The position numbers and the translations under genes are program-made. A DNA stretch of 41,431 nucleotides from assembly GCA_001949185.1 (NCBI GenBank), contig BDGG01000005.1, positions 1,061,063 to 1,102,493 of the forward strand, written 5' to 3'. Each line of letters starts with the position of its first letter. The stretch's first letter is position 1. The notes under the pieces were generated by a model. That model did not search any database. It saw nothing but the letters and a program-made list of their open reading frames with translations, and was not told the DNA's origin. Origin of the DNA: Ramazzottius varieornatus. Lineage: Eukaryota > Animalia > Tardigrada. Of the stretch, positions 9,243 through 19,935 are shown in pieces.

Positions 9243-11982
9243 ATGGCGGAATACGATTTGACTCCAACTTTGTCGAAATTCTTCGACCGCCATCTCATCA
9301 TACCGCTGCTCGAATTCCTCGGTGGACGACAGGTAAGCTAGCTCTTCTTGCAGTATTCAAAACTCGTTCAGAGTAAGTGGTTCTCTTCTTCACAGCTGTA
9401 CGACATGAACGACATAGGGAAAGCTAAAATCAAAGTACTGCAAGACACCAAGATGTTCGATTACCTCCTGCAAGAATACGCAACCCTGACAGACGGAACG
9501 TCTCCTCCTCCAGGTATCTCTAGCGCATTGAGTTTCTTTCGTATCAAGCTACAGCGTGTATTCTGTAGAAATCCAACGGAAGAGGGAAGAGGTGATGGAA
9601 GATTTTGCTCGTATCAGCGAACAGAAGCAAGAAATCCTGGAATATTTTCAAATCCCAGCTGTTCAAAAGCTCATTGAGGTTAGCCTTGATTTGTTGTTAC
9701 GGGTTGATTGACGAATGGCTGAGTTTGCTCATTCCTGTTCCAGCTTCAAAGCTCTTTGTCTTCTTTGCAGGATGTCCCCGACAGTAATGTGCTGTACGAA
9801 CAGCTTTGTAAAGAGCACAATTTTGGATCGGACATGCTTGACAAAATCTACGACTGGGCCAAGTTCAACTTTGAAACCGGAAACTATCAAGAAGCAACGC
9901 AGTTTTTGGATCTCTTTCGATCAGTCGTAAGTGAGCTTGTCTTCATTCTTTCTTCAGTTCTCAAACGAAACAGAATAGGACTTCTCATTAACCATCACAC
10001 GATACCGGGACAATGCAAGGATGACCAAAATATAGATGACGAGTCTGAAACAGATGAGGACCAAAACGAGGCATTTGTCTGAAGCTTTTTCGTTCCTTCG
10101 ATCGGAAGTAGACTTCCGAGCTGGTGATTTCCGGTACGTAGAGCTCAACTTTCAACCCATTTCTTTGCTGTTGAGGCCCCCACAAGTCACAGCAAGCAAC
10201 GGTCGGCTCGATGGGGAAAAGCAGCCGGTGAAATTCTCCTGCAAGACTGGAACACTGCCTTGGAGGATCTGCAGCAGCTGAAGACTGACATTGACAGCTC
10301 AGCAAACCCCACAGAAATGGTAAGAATTGCTACATTCATGTTATATATTTACCCTTTACCGTTCTTTACTCATTCAGTCTCGGGTTCGGCCGGGTAGTGG
10401 GGTTTATTCATATTTTGATGTTTCTGCAGGACAGGAATTCGGTGCCCATTGCCGAGCTTCTCACGGAGCGCGCATGGCTCATACACTGGTCTCTATATGT
10501 CTTTTTCAACCACCCCCAAGGAAAGGACAAGATCGTCGAGTGGTGTCTAGGAAGCGCCGAGTACGTAAATCAAACCTTTATCTTTTAGAGTTCTAAAAAA
10601 ATGGATTGATGTAGTTTTTATAGTGTGTGTGATGACGCAATATTAGATGACGAGTCTGGGAAATCTGTGCGGACTAAAACGAGGGATTTGTCTGATATCC
10701 TTCACCAACCCCTTAGAACTGTGTTATCGCTGTTAAAGTAATCTCATATTGTCGTGTTGATTCGTTTTGCTTTTTGTAGTTACCTAAACGCCATCCAGAC
10801 TTTGTGTCCGCACATTCTGCGGTACCTCGTCGTAGCCATTTTGGCAAACAAGAACAAGAGAAGGCAGCATCTCAAAGAAGTCAAAGACGTTATCGAAATC
10901 ATCAAACAGGTATGTCTCGAAGCTATTGTCCCTACAGCGAGTTGAAGGTTTAACAGGGTTTTCATGATGACGCAGAATTAGATGACGAGTCTGATCAGTT
11001 AATGAGGACTAAAACGAGGCATTTGTCTGAACTTTCTTCGCTCTGTACAATTATGGTATGTTTGGTTTAATGAGTGGAATTGATCTTGACTGCTGATTGT
11101 GCATATTTTGATATAGGAGTCGTCGAACTACAGCGATCCAGTAACAGAGTTCGTCATCAGCGTGTTCGTCGAGTTTGACTTTGAGAAGTCGCAGAAGAAG
11201 CTACAGGAATGCGTAGTCGTCCTCGAGAACGACTTCTTCCTCGTCGGATGCGTCATCGATTTCATCGCCAGCGCCCGAAAGTACATCTTCGAGACGTACT
11301 GCCGAATCAACTCCCGAATCAGGTAGCGCTGAGTTTCATCTGTGTAGTCCGACACAGTAAAATTTACAGTGATGACCCAAATATAGATGACGAGTCTGAA
11401 GAAAAATATATGAGGACCAAAACGAGGCATTTGTCTGAAGTTAACAAAGATCTTCTCCGGTACTTGGAATGTATAGAGTGGTGAAAGATGGTCACTAACT
11501 TTATTCTTTTTCCTAGCATTGCCAGCATAGCAGAAACACTCAACTTGGGCGTCGATGATGCCGAGAAGTGGATCGCTAATGTCATCCGAGAAGCTAGGCT
11601 GGACGCTAAGATCGACGCTGCGAAGGTACGTTAAGATTTATACAGCACTGTTAGTAGTTTCTGTAAGAAAGAGGGAGCAGTGATGACTAATAATCTAGAT
11701 GACGAGTCTGAAAGACATGAAGACTAAAACGAGGCATTTGTCTGAAGCTTTCCTGATGTTTGAAATCCTGAGAAGCATTTGAGGATTTTTAAAGTATGGT
11801 TTTGAATGAAGTCGTTTTCGTAGGGGGAAGTCCTGATGGGTACTCCAGCCTTGTCGTCCTACCAGATGCTGATTGAAAAGACGAAGAACTTGGCTCTCAG
11901 GACGCAGCAGATGGTGAACGCGGTGGAAAAAAAGGCTGGTCCCAGGCCGGCTCCTTTCCAGGAAGCAAATGTAAATTATTAG
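9243..11982 (+). CDS. EIF3E: Eukaryotic translation initiation factor 3 subunit E (INT6), 10 exons
   Basis: MAEYDLT...[91 protein letters not shown]; ends ...EANVNY-TAG. Confidence 0.97.
10018..10082 (+). ncRNA. SNORD15: Box C/D snoRNA, SNORD15/U15-like, copy 1 (eIF3e intron 4); box C variant AGGATGA
   Basis: TAGATGACGAGT-CTGA (D'), ATGAGGA (C'), ACGAGGCATTTGT-CTGA (D); guides complementary to conserved LSU rRNA CCAAAUGCCUCGUCAUCUA. Confidence 0.85.
10629..10695 (+). ncRNA. SNORD15: SNORD15/U15-like snoRNA, copy 2 (intron 6), degenerate
   Basis: GTGATGA...CTGA; D' reads CTGG, C' reads GTGCGGA, D guide has GAGGGATTTG instead of GAGGCATTTG. Confidence 0.7.
10964..11030 (+). ncRNA. SNORD15: SNORD15/U15-like snoRNA, copy 3 (intron 7)
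   Basis: ATGATGA, AATTAGATGACGAGT-CTGA, ATGAGGA, ACGAGGCATTTGT-CTGA. Confidence 0.92.
11369..11438 (+). ncRNA. SNORD15: SNORD15/U15-like snoRNA, copy 4 (intron 8)
   Basis: GTGATGA, TAGATGACGAGT-CTGA, ATGAGGA, ACGAGGCATTTGT-CTGA. Confidence 0.92.
11680..11745 (+). ncRNA. SNORD15: SNORD15/U15-like snoRNA, copy 5 (intron 9)
   Basis: GTGATGA, TAGATGACGAGT-CTGA, ATGAAGA, ACGAGGCATTTGT-CTGA. Confidence 0.92.
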
Positions 11983-12222
11983 AGGTTTGATGGACGATCC
12001 TTGTTCCATACTTATCCTGGCGAGTAGACATGATCCAAGTTTGGCTCTTTTCTAGCAGCACTTAATTATACGTCTCGGGGTCTACGTTTTGTAGACAAGA
12101 TCATGGTACCGACCGTTTAAATATAGCATCATTCTAGTCTCTGTTACGCAACCTCCCGAGTATCAAGCGTTAGTTTCGCTTCATGGTAAAACGGGGAACC
12201 GTACGAAAATATGTTGGGATCG

Positions 12223-12367
12223 GATATTAACGTGGCAGCTCGGCGAACAACCTCGACAAGATGGTTTCCCCAGGTGGCGCACGCTTTTAGCCAGTAACAC
12301 CGGAAATGTGCGCCACTTGGGGAAACCATCTTGTCGAGGTTGTTCGCCGAGCTTCTACGTTAGTATC
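12223..12367. repeat. Palindromic dispersed repeat, copy b (best preserved; about 60-bp stem, 25-nt loop)
   Basis: AGCTCGGCGAACAACCTCGACAAGATGGTTTCCCCAGGTGGCGCAC pairs with GTGCGCCACTTGGGGAAACCATCTTGTCGAGGTTGTTCGCCGAGCT. Confidence 0.9.
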
Positions 12368-12631
12368 AGCACCATATATATTATTTACATCTGAGGCTAA
12401 TTTTGGGCGATGGTTCGACGGTATGGATACGGGAGAATCAAACTTTATTACAAGTTTGTGTAGACCAACAGCCTTGGTTCGCCACATGGACACTAAGCGA
12501 TGATCAGCCAAAAGGTATTCCACAGCATGAATTTTGCGTTGTGTGCTACAAGAGTGTACTGCAGATTCGAGGGAAGACAAACCATAATTCTTTGAGAGCG
12601 CAAGCTTCAAAGGTCGATGTTACTAGCTTGG

Positions 12632-13271
12632 TTAGCCCATCAGCTTGAAGAAGTTGTAGTACTGAGGACTTGCAGGTATGTTGGCTGATGATAAGTCTTC
12701 TTGGCTGTCTTCCGGTCGATCCGCAGTACTCCAAGCTAAAGGAAAACTGTCGTCGTGGAAAGGATTAGGATGAAAGGGGAGAAATTCGAGGAGGATAAGT
12801 AGGGGAGCATGCTTACGTTGTGGTATCACATACCGTCGAAGCCGATCCCGCTACTGCCCATCCTTTTGTAGTAGAGAGGCTCGGGCTCGTCTAGCATGAG
12901 GTCATCCGACTGGGGAAGTGAACGAGGGGCGAAGAACCAGTTGTTGCGCGGAACGAAAAACTCGCTGGAGCCTGGTTGACCAATCTTGGACACGGGCATG
13001 TCGAAGGGGCTTTCGACAGCATTCGTGGGCCGTGTCACGGCTGGATGCTTGGCGGAAGCGCCAGCTCGTCCGAGAAAGAAGCGCGGGTCAGCAAGGGAGC
13101 GAGGAGCCGCGCTGGCAAAGCGCTCAACCAGCAGGACAAAAACGAGTACCTATGACACCGAAAATTTTGAGGACTTTTGGCCCAGAGTGATCACAGGAAA
13201 TGAGATATCAATAGTAAAAGCACAAGAGAACCTTGAAAATTCATTAACACTTTTAGCACGATCGTTTTCAT
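12632..13271 (-). CDS. Secreted peptide precursor A, ending QYYNFFKLMG-stop (5' exon uncertain)
   Basis: Exon 13149-12834 (VLVFVLLVERFASAAPRSLADPRFFLGR...RNNWFFAPR...LYYKRMGSSGIGFD), phase-1 intron 12833-12736, last exon AWSTADRPEDSQED...FFKLMG; tentative first exon MKTIVLK 13271-13251 with a weak GTGTTA donor. Confidence 0.7.
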
Positions 13272-13800
13272 GTTTGCAGAATACTACCGTCCTCTTTGTG
13301 TATACAGGAATTTTATCGGCTGGTACCGTGTTGCAGAGGCTGGTCCAACCACTAGGCAATTTTCGAAATCTCAAAATTCGGATAATTGGCAGGCCATGAA
13401 CGCCAAATCTCAAAAGGGAGAACTGGTCGTCTTGATTTTCTTCTGACTGCACTGATGACTACAAAATTTATCCCAGGCTCGGCTTCTATAGATAAGACTG
13501 TCCCCAGTGCTCCAGTTTTTTTCTAAGCGAATACCGTGCACGTGTCTCGCGCGAAGAGACGAAACACCAAATTTCATCAAAACCACCCGAAACCGTAGAA
13601 AAAATTTCCAGCGTGCTGGGGTTTTGCTGGCCGCTGGTCGTTGGTGTTGCTTTGGTGAGAAGACCGAGGTACATGCAAACAAAAAGACACAGACCCCGAA
13701 AGACCAAAAGCTAAGACTGGGAGGTGAATAAAACTGAGTGATTGTATACACAAGGAGGACGGTCGTACGCAGGGTGTTAAAAAATATGAGCAGTGGTCAA

Positions 13801-14010
13801 AGTAACTCAGATCTCACGTGGTGAAACTCCAACTTATTGAGAGACGGCGGGCAAGCTCCTTCTTGACTGCTTGACGTTCTCACACCGTTTCACGAAGGTG
13901 ACCAAGTGTGACCAATGCAAACGGTAGCGATGGCGTCAAAAGAGCCAAATCTGAGGTCGCCCGCAATCTCTCAACTAGTTGGATTTTTGCCACGTGAAAT
14001 CTGAATTACT
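13801..14010. repeat. Degenerate foldback of about 210 bp (MITE-like)
   Basis: AGTAACTCAGATCTCACGTGGTGAAACTCCAACTTATTGAGAGACGGCGGGC vs reverse complement of the right arm AGTAATTCAGATTTCACGTGGCAAAAATCCAACTAGTTGAGAGATTGCGGGC; pairing continues inward (ACCGTTT/AAACGGT). Confidence 0.8.
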
Positions 14011-14939
14011 CTGCCTCCGGGCCCATTTTGAGAAGATGAAATCGTTTTCTCGAATTCGAATGGTTTCCGGACGGGTATCTACTTCCTGACGGAAGACAGT
14101 GTTTAGCTGCCTGTTCGACAGAACGAGGTGTCAGCATCGAAAACCTTTCATCAACCGTACGTTTCCCGTTCTAGGTACCGGACCGACCGTTAAGAAGCCG
14201 AAGGACGCTGGTAGAGCCATTGCGATGAGCAAGTCCGGACCGAAGCGGACAAAGTTTCCGTGGAAGTTCCCGGAGGAATGGAGCGGACTTCCCGACGAAA
14301 GAACCCAGTCAACAAGGAAAAGACGTCAAATGAGGTGAGATGGTGGCGAAGATTGGAGATACTCGAGAAAAATTGGGACGGGAGTGGAAGCGGATGTTGC
14401 TTGAAAGGGATAATGAGGTTTACGAGCACGATCGAGCTATCAAGCTTGATAGTTTTGACAAGTTTGGAGCGTTCTCTGATACCTGATCCAAATGGATATG
14501 CTCTGGTGGCAATTGTGGGCTTTTGTTGTTGTTTGAATGGTACACTATCAACTACTAGGGAAGACAATCACCGAGATGCGTCATGTTTGCTGGAAGCAGG
14601 AGACCATTTGTTTAGGGTCGCCAATTGACACGTATAATGACAGGCTATTCAGGCGAAACACGCTCAGCGTGACTTGTAAATGACTAGAGCACTTTTGGAA
14701 GTATACGGAGTTCACGAGTTTTTGTTTGGTGTGAACCCAACGAAAAGGGAGCGCCATGGAGAGAAAAGAGCGTCAAGCTCCGACGATGAATATGATACTT
14801 AGTTTAATGAAGGATCAGTGTTGAGAAAGAAAGGCGGTTGTGGAAAAGGACTGCTCCCTCAGGGCCGTTATCGGCTTCTTCTGTATAAGCTTGACTTCGA
14901 GGTTTGGGGCGTGGGCAAATGAATAGAACCAGATTGTTA

Positions 14940-14996
14940 TTTCCGGTGGCGCAGGTTTTCGCTACGACTGGCTGGAAGTATGCGCCACTTGGGAAA
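14940..14996. repeat. Palindromic dispersed repeat, copy c
   Basis: TTTCCGGTGGCGCA-loop-TGCGCCACTTGGGAAA. Confidence 0.7.
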
Positions 14997-15347
14997 AAGA
15001 ACATTGTTCAACTCAGTTGCCTACGTCCCATTTCATTCCCCTCAGACTCGCTCGAGGCGTGAAGGATGAGTGAATCATGCGTGAAAGCGGGAATGAAAGT
15101 GGTTTTCATGAGTCTCTATTTAATTTTGAGCAAAGGGTGAACGGGCGGCGCTTTCGTACGAGCATATGGCAACAAGGAACAGGCAGCGCATAGCGCTTTA
15201 CGAAGCTTTTGCGAAAAGGTACTTGGAACAATCCAGCTTTAGAACGGATCGTTGTATAAATAGTACGATGATACTAGAGGAAGACAGTGGTATTTGGTAA
15301 GGCATTTCAGTTTATAGAGGAAGATTAGGCGTGGAGTTGTCGGACTA

Positions 15348-18300
15348 TCACGAGCGCTGATCGAGCCACTCAACCATCTGGCGGCACACGTCATCGCCGA
15401 TCCCGTTGGGTTCGTCAAAGACACGGTGTAAGGCATTCGGTACTATCTGCAAGAACAAATATGAGCGTAGTGATACTTGATCAGTCGTTCGTTTCTTCAA
15501 AGTACAACTTCAGAAAGGCCAGAAGCGAAATTGGAGACCGGTAAACAAAACGTGCAAGATAAGTCCGGCACCCGTCCAGCTACTAACGACAAGAGGGTGC
15601 GCCACTTGGGACAACGACCTTGTACGTTTCCTATACACGCACGATGGGTAAGTATGGGACAGTAAAAAGTATGGGACATGTCTTTTCGCTACGACGGTAT
15701 GGGCAGGTGATTCTTACTATCAATATAAGTAAAAACCAGCACTGAAGGCTGCTTTGCTGTACGTACGTGCTGAGTATTACTGTAGGCCAATGAGCTGAAG
15801 ATGTCGATTTATAGCAGCAAATACAGTAGATCTCTTGTTTCGCCGGAACAACCGTACTTTCAACAGTCACAGGAGCATATCATGCCAAACATAGAATCTT
15901 CAGTCACAATAGGACTTGGAATTTGAACAGTCGAGCTGCCTCTCGTAGTCCCATTCTATTCTGGATAGCAAGAAGCGCGTGCTTCAGGGCTTTCTCGGTG
16001 TACCGTCGAGGTCGCTTGGTCTTAAAGGGCTGGGGCAGAAACGATATGAATTCGAGAGCGTCTCTGGCAGAAAGTAAATGAAAAATCCGCAGCCTCGAAG
16101 CGCAAAAGTCAAACAGCTGAATGTCACGGTCCATGACAATTTTCTACGGTTAAATTTCACTGCGTACGTCATATGCTCGATTTTCATTGCTGGCTCGCAT
16201 TCAGGACGTAAATTTGCCGCACTTTCCGCCTGTCCCATACTTTTTACTGTCACATACTTACCCATCGTGCGTGTACCGACCGCGGGGCCCGACCTCCTAA
16301 ATGATATTTTGGGAAATTTGCCGCGAGCTTTCGATCATAGGTTACCCGTGAAGTGCCTTTCGATCATAGGTTTACCCGTCTTCTCGAAGAATTCAGTTTG
16401 TTTTACCGTTTACTGTTTTGTGATTGATGATGGAGCTCACTGAGCTGGAAAGGCTTACCACAATTTTTTTGTCAGGACTGGCAGCCAGCTCCATGATCCT
16501 TTTGATTTCGGCAGCAGGAATCCATGGATCATTGCCGGCTTGAATACATAAGAAGGGCCAATTGACTTTCTTCATCTTCCTGTTCACGTCGTCGACACCC
16601 CGACGAAAGGCGTTCAACCATCCAGCTTTTAATCTTCCTTTGTAAATCAAAGGATCGTCTACATATTTCGCGATCTGTAAAGAAAATTAAAGTTGGGCCA
16701 GAGCCGCGAGAGGGACCAATGGAGAACCGTTGCAAGGTTTAACTCACTCTCCTGCATACAGCATCGTAAGCAGTGACCATGGTGCGTGTGTATGCAGGTG
16801 GGCGAAAACAGTTATATTCTGGTCTGACGACTTCCGTGTTGAGCAGTGGTTACTATCAGGTGCGCATGTACGACTTGCAACTTTTAGAAACCTTCAACTT
16901 CAAAAATTTGTGGTTTTGCTCTCCCTCGTCAGACCGTTCTGAAACTTCTTTCACGTCACTTGACAAACTCTCCTCTATCTACTAATGGTCGAGCGTTTCA
17001 TGCTTTGTGCTTCGTTGATGAACGATAAGTAATTTTTTGGGAGTCGCGCAGAAGGAAAATTTCGAGTGATTTGGAAATCTCAATGTTTCTAGTTTACCCT
17101 GCTTCGCACACAAAAGACAATATCGGTCTTATATGTAGGAGTAAAATGGCCAGCAGAAAATATGCGGGAGGTTGGATTGATTGTTTGCTTTCTGGAGACG
17201 TTTTACTCGAAAGATATCGCTGCTGAAGACGGAAATTGAAAGTGGACAACAACGTGCTGAGGGAGCTGGCCAAATTCGATCCATCCTAAACTATCCTGAA
17301 ACTCTTACGAGGCTTTAGGGTACGTGTCTAAGCTATTACCGGGCATTCACAAGAAAAGGGAAAGACAAGAAATAAGGGAGTTCTGTGCCCCATTTATCCT
17401 GCGCACCTCTGGAAAAAGATGGAAGGTGGAAGAGGTGGAACTGCAAACTCCCTTTTGCAGTCCTTGTAGTCGGGAGCGAGCACTAATATATTAGAAAAAA
17501 GAGCATCCTCAGCGAGAGAGAAAAATTTTCTCGCAAGGGGCTGCAAAAACGCGATCTAAGAGTTCATTTTTTTTCTTCCCTCATGTTCCTACAGTATCGG
17601 CATGGATTCACTACAGGAAGAAAGGCGGAAGTACCTCACTAGTTTAGACATTTGAGTGGTTTAAAAAGTCTGAGATCTGAAGTCAGGAAATTTATTCTAA
17701 AACTTTCCTCCAGAAAGTTGCAATTCATACTTCCGCACCTAATTTTATGACGCATGAGACACTTACAATATCAGGATCTGACGTAATGGCCGCCGCTTTC
17801 AGCTGTATCAGTCCGGCACCAGGGGCTATTTTTGCCATGGTTCTTCCCAGGAATCTCATTGTCGAGTTGTTGAATTTTTTGTCGATGGCCAGCCCCGGAC
17901 TGAGCAAGATGACTCCATCAAACAAGGAAGGAAACTGAAGTCCCGTGCTAACGGCGATAACTCCTCCCTACAATTACATGCACAAAGGTCCCATAAAGTA
18001 TGAATGCGCGCCATGCTATTTCCGGGTCAGAAGGTGACCCGGAATGCTCCCAAGTGTTCGACTTTATTATGGTGGTATGTTGGGCTCGTACCATGGAATG
18101 TCCAATAATAAACATGGGCATGTTGCGGAGCTTGCTTTTGACGCAGGAGACATGACATTCCACATCCCTACAATACTGATCGATGCTGTCGATGTGCGCT
18201 CGCTTTCCGCCCGATCTACCGAAACCCGCTACACAAAATAATTAACAATTAGTTTGACGAGTAAGGAGGCGGAAGTCCTGTCAACAAAATCCAAAAACAG

Positions 18301-18606
18301 CTCACGTACCATGATCATGGCCAAAAACCAGATAATTGTGGTCTAGAAGAGCTCGGGTAACTCTGCCGTAGGTCAGGAGGTATTCGCCGAAACCATGACT
18401 GAGAAAAACAGCTGCCCTGAAGTGAGAAAAAAATTGGGGAGAAATTCTACAAAATTCCGGAACTGATTTGGTGTTGTCAGAATGATAACACGGCCCTACC
18501 GCGGTGTGGAATTGTCTTTTGGGTACCAGTAATAAGAATGAAGTTCTACTCCGGTACAGCTCCGTAATGTGGACTCTTTGGAAGGGACAAGGTCAGTTTC
18601 CTCCAT
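15348..18606 (-). CDS. MGLL: Monoglyceride lipase-like alpha/beta hydrolase, 6 exons
   Basis: SHGFGEY, VFGHDH-AGFGRSGG, GHSM-GG nucleophile elbow, FDGVILLSP, YVDDPLIY, PFLCIQAGND, NALH; Ser/Asp/His triad present. Confidence 0.88.
15561..15625. repeat. Palindromic dispersed repeat, copy d (left arm decayed), abutting the MITE at 15634
   Basis: GGTGCGCCACTTGGGACAACGACCTTGT; loop CCAGCTACTAAC resembles CAGCCAATAAC of copy a. Confidence 0.55.
15634..16275 (-). mobile_element. Non-autonomous pogo-like TIR element with a psq-type HTH relic, in the last lipase intron
   Basis: 43-bp TIRs (42/43) CACGCACGATGGGTAAGTATGGGACAGTAAAAAGTATGGGACA at 15636-15678 and 16231-16273, TA on both sides; internal RRYTEKALKHALLAIQNRMGLREAARLFK resembles HTH_psq of pogo-family transposases. 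Confidence 0.88.
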
Positions 18607-19620
18607 GATGAAAATTATGCAAATTCGATTCTTTTCGAATTGAGTTTCACAAATAGCTCAACGCGACAATCGCCCAATAAGCTGATCGATCGTGGCTTGG
18701 AAATGGAATCGATGGTGTCACATGCCGAGGAGTAGAATGGTTAACCCCAGGAACAGGATGCGGTGATGAGCTTTCAGCTGGAATGAATTCCCGCCGCTAA
18801 AACTTTTCCAGAATGGCTTCCGGTCGAACCCGAAGTTGTCCAAATATCCACACAAATGGTAAGGAATTACCAATTTAAGGACAGATACAGAAAGCTAAGT
18901 GAGGATGACGATAGCACATTTTGTGTGACGTGAGCAACAGACTCTTCACTGTTCGTGCAGAAGCGAGGAACTGGTTATGATCATGGCTTGAGTCACTCGC
19001 TTGGTTGGGTTTTATGTCCGCTAGTCCGCTTAAGAGTACGACGACGTGGCTCATTTATTCATTCAGTTCCACTGTCGGCTGAGAAGCTGATGATCATACG
19101 TTGACAAAAGGCCTCTTCATGTCAAACGGAAGTAGTACGCATGTGCCGCAAATGCCGCATTTCCTTCGCAACCACCAACGGCTGTTTATGTCGACCAAGA
19201 TTATGCCTTGTCTTCGCTCTTTGAGCTTATGGCGTACAAGGTCCCAGAAGTTGGCAGCTGGTGTATCTTGGAGGCTAGCTGATAGCGTTGTGTATCGTGG
19301 AACCAGCTGTGGTAAATATCCGGGTCGTTCGCGGTAAACAGGGTGCTCCAGTTTACATTGCGCCAGAAAGCACACAGTCCTTCGACTTCATAAACGAACG
19401 TTATGTATTCGGAAGGACCTATCCGAAGGGTACGAGTGCGGATATGGCGGCCTTGTACGATGAGGACTTAAAACACGGCTGATTTTTACATGTGGTTTCG
19501 AAACACAATGGCGGAAACCCGGCCACAGGTTACATGAATAGTACCTTCACATGGTACAGCTGGTTCTTTGACATCAGTGGTCAAAACCTACTGAAATTTG
19601 ACTTCGGCAAACGAATTCAC

Positions 19621-19697
19621 CCAGATCGTCAGGTCATGTGGCGCATGTTCTCGGTGTTATCGCCCAAAGGACCGCGCCACTTGGGGAAACGAACTGG
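19621..19697. repeat. Palindromic dispersed repeat, copy e
   Basis: CCAGATCGT...GTGGCGC-loop-GCGCCACTTGGGGAAACGAACTGG; reverse-complemented loop contains TAACACCG as in copy b. Confidence 0.7.
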
Positions 19698-19935
19698 TTG
19701 ACTTCATTTGCTGAGATTCCAAATACAAGTAGGAGAAATTCTTATGCTCCGGTTTGAGCAGTATAGAAATGGCCGGAAAGAACTGCCTTGTTACGCCGCA
19801 AGGATGCTTTGTGTTGCGTTTCGTCCGTGACTAAAGATCGATGCGGAGAAGTTAATCGAGTATGACTTCTGACGTCATGTATGGGTTCGCTGAAGCGGAA
19901 TAAGAATCTGCAGATGAGCGTATTGTATAGAAGTG

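Noticed and set aside
10018-11745. CRISPR-like array of regularly recurring repeats
   Set aside because: Units are 65-70 nt, separated by eIF3e exons, carry C/D boxes and rRNA-complementary guides; eukaryotic context, no cas genes
16328-16379. Two-copy tandem CTTTCGATCATAGG(T)TTACCCGT, and (CT)8 at 5625-5640
   Set aside because: Real but trivial local duplications with no sign of function
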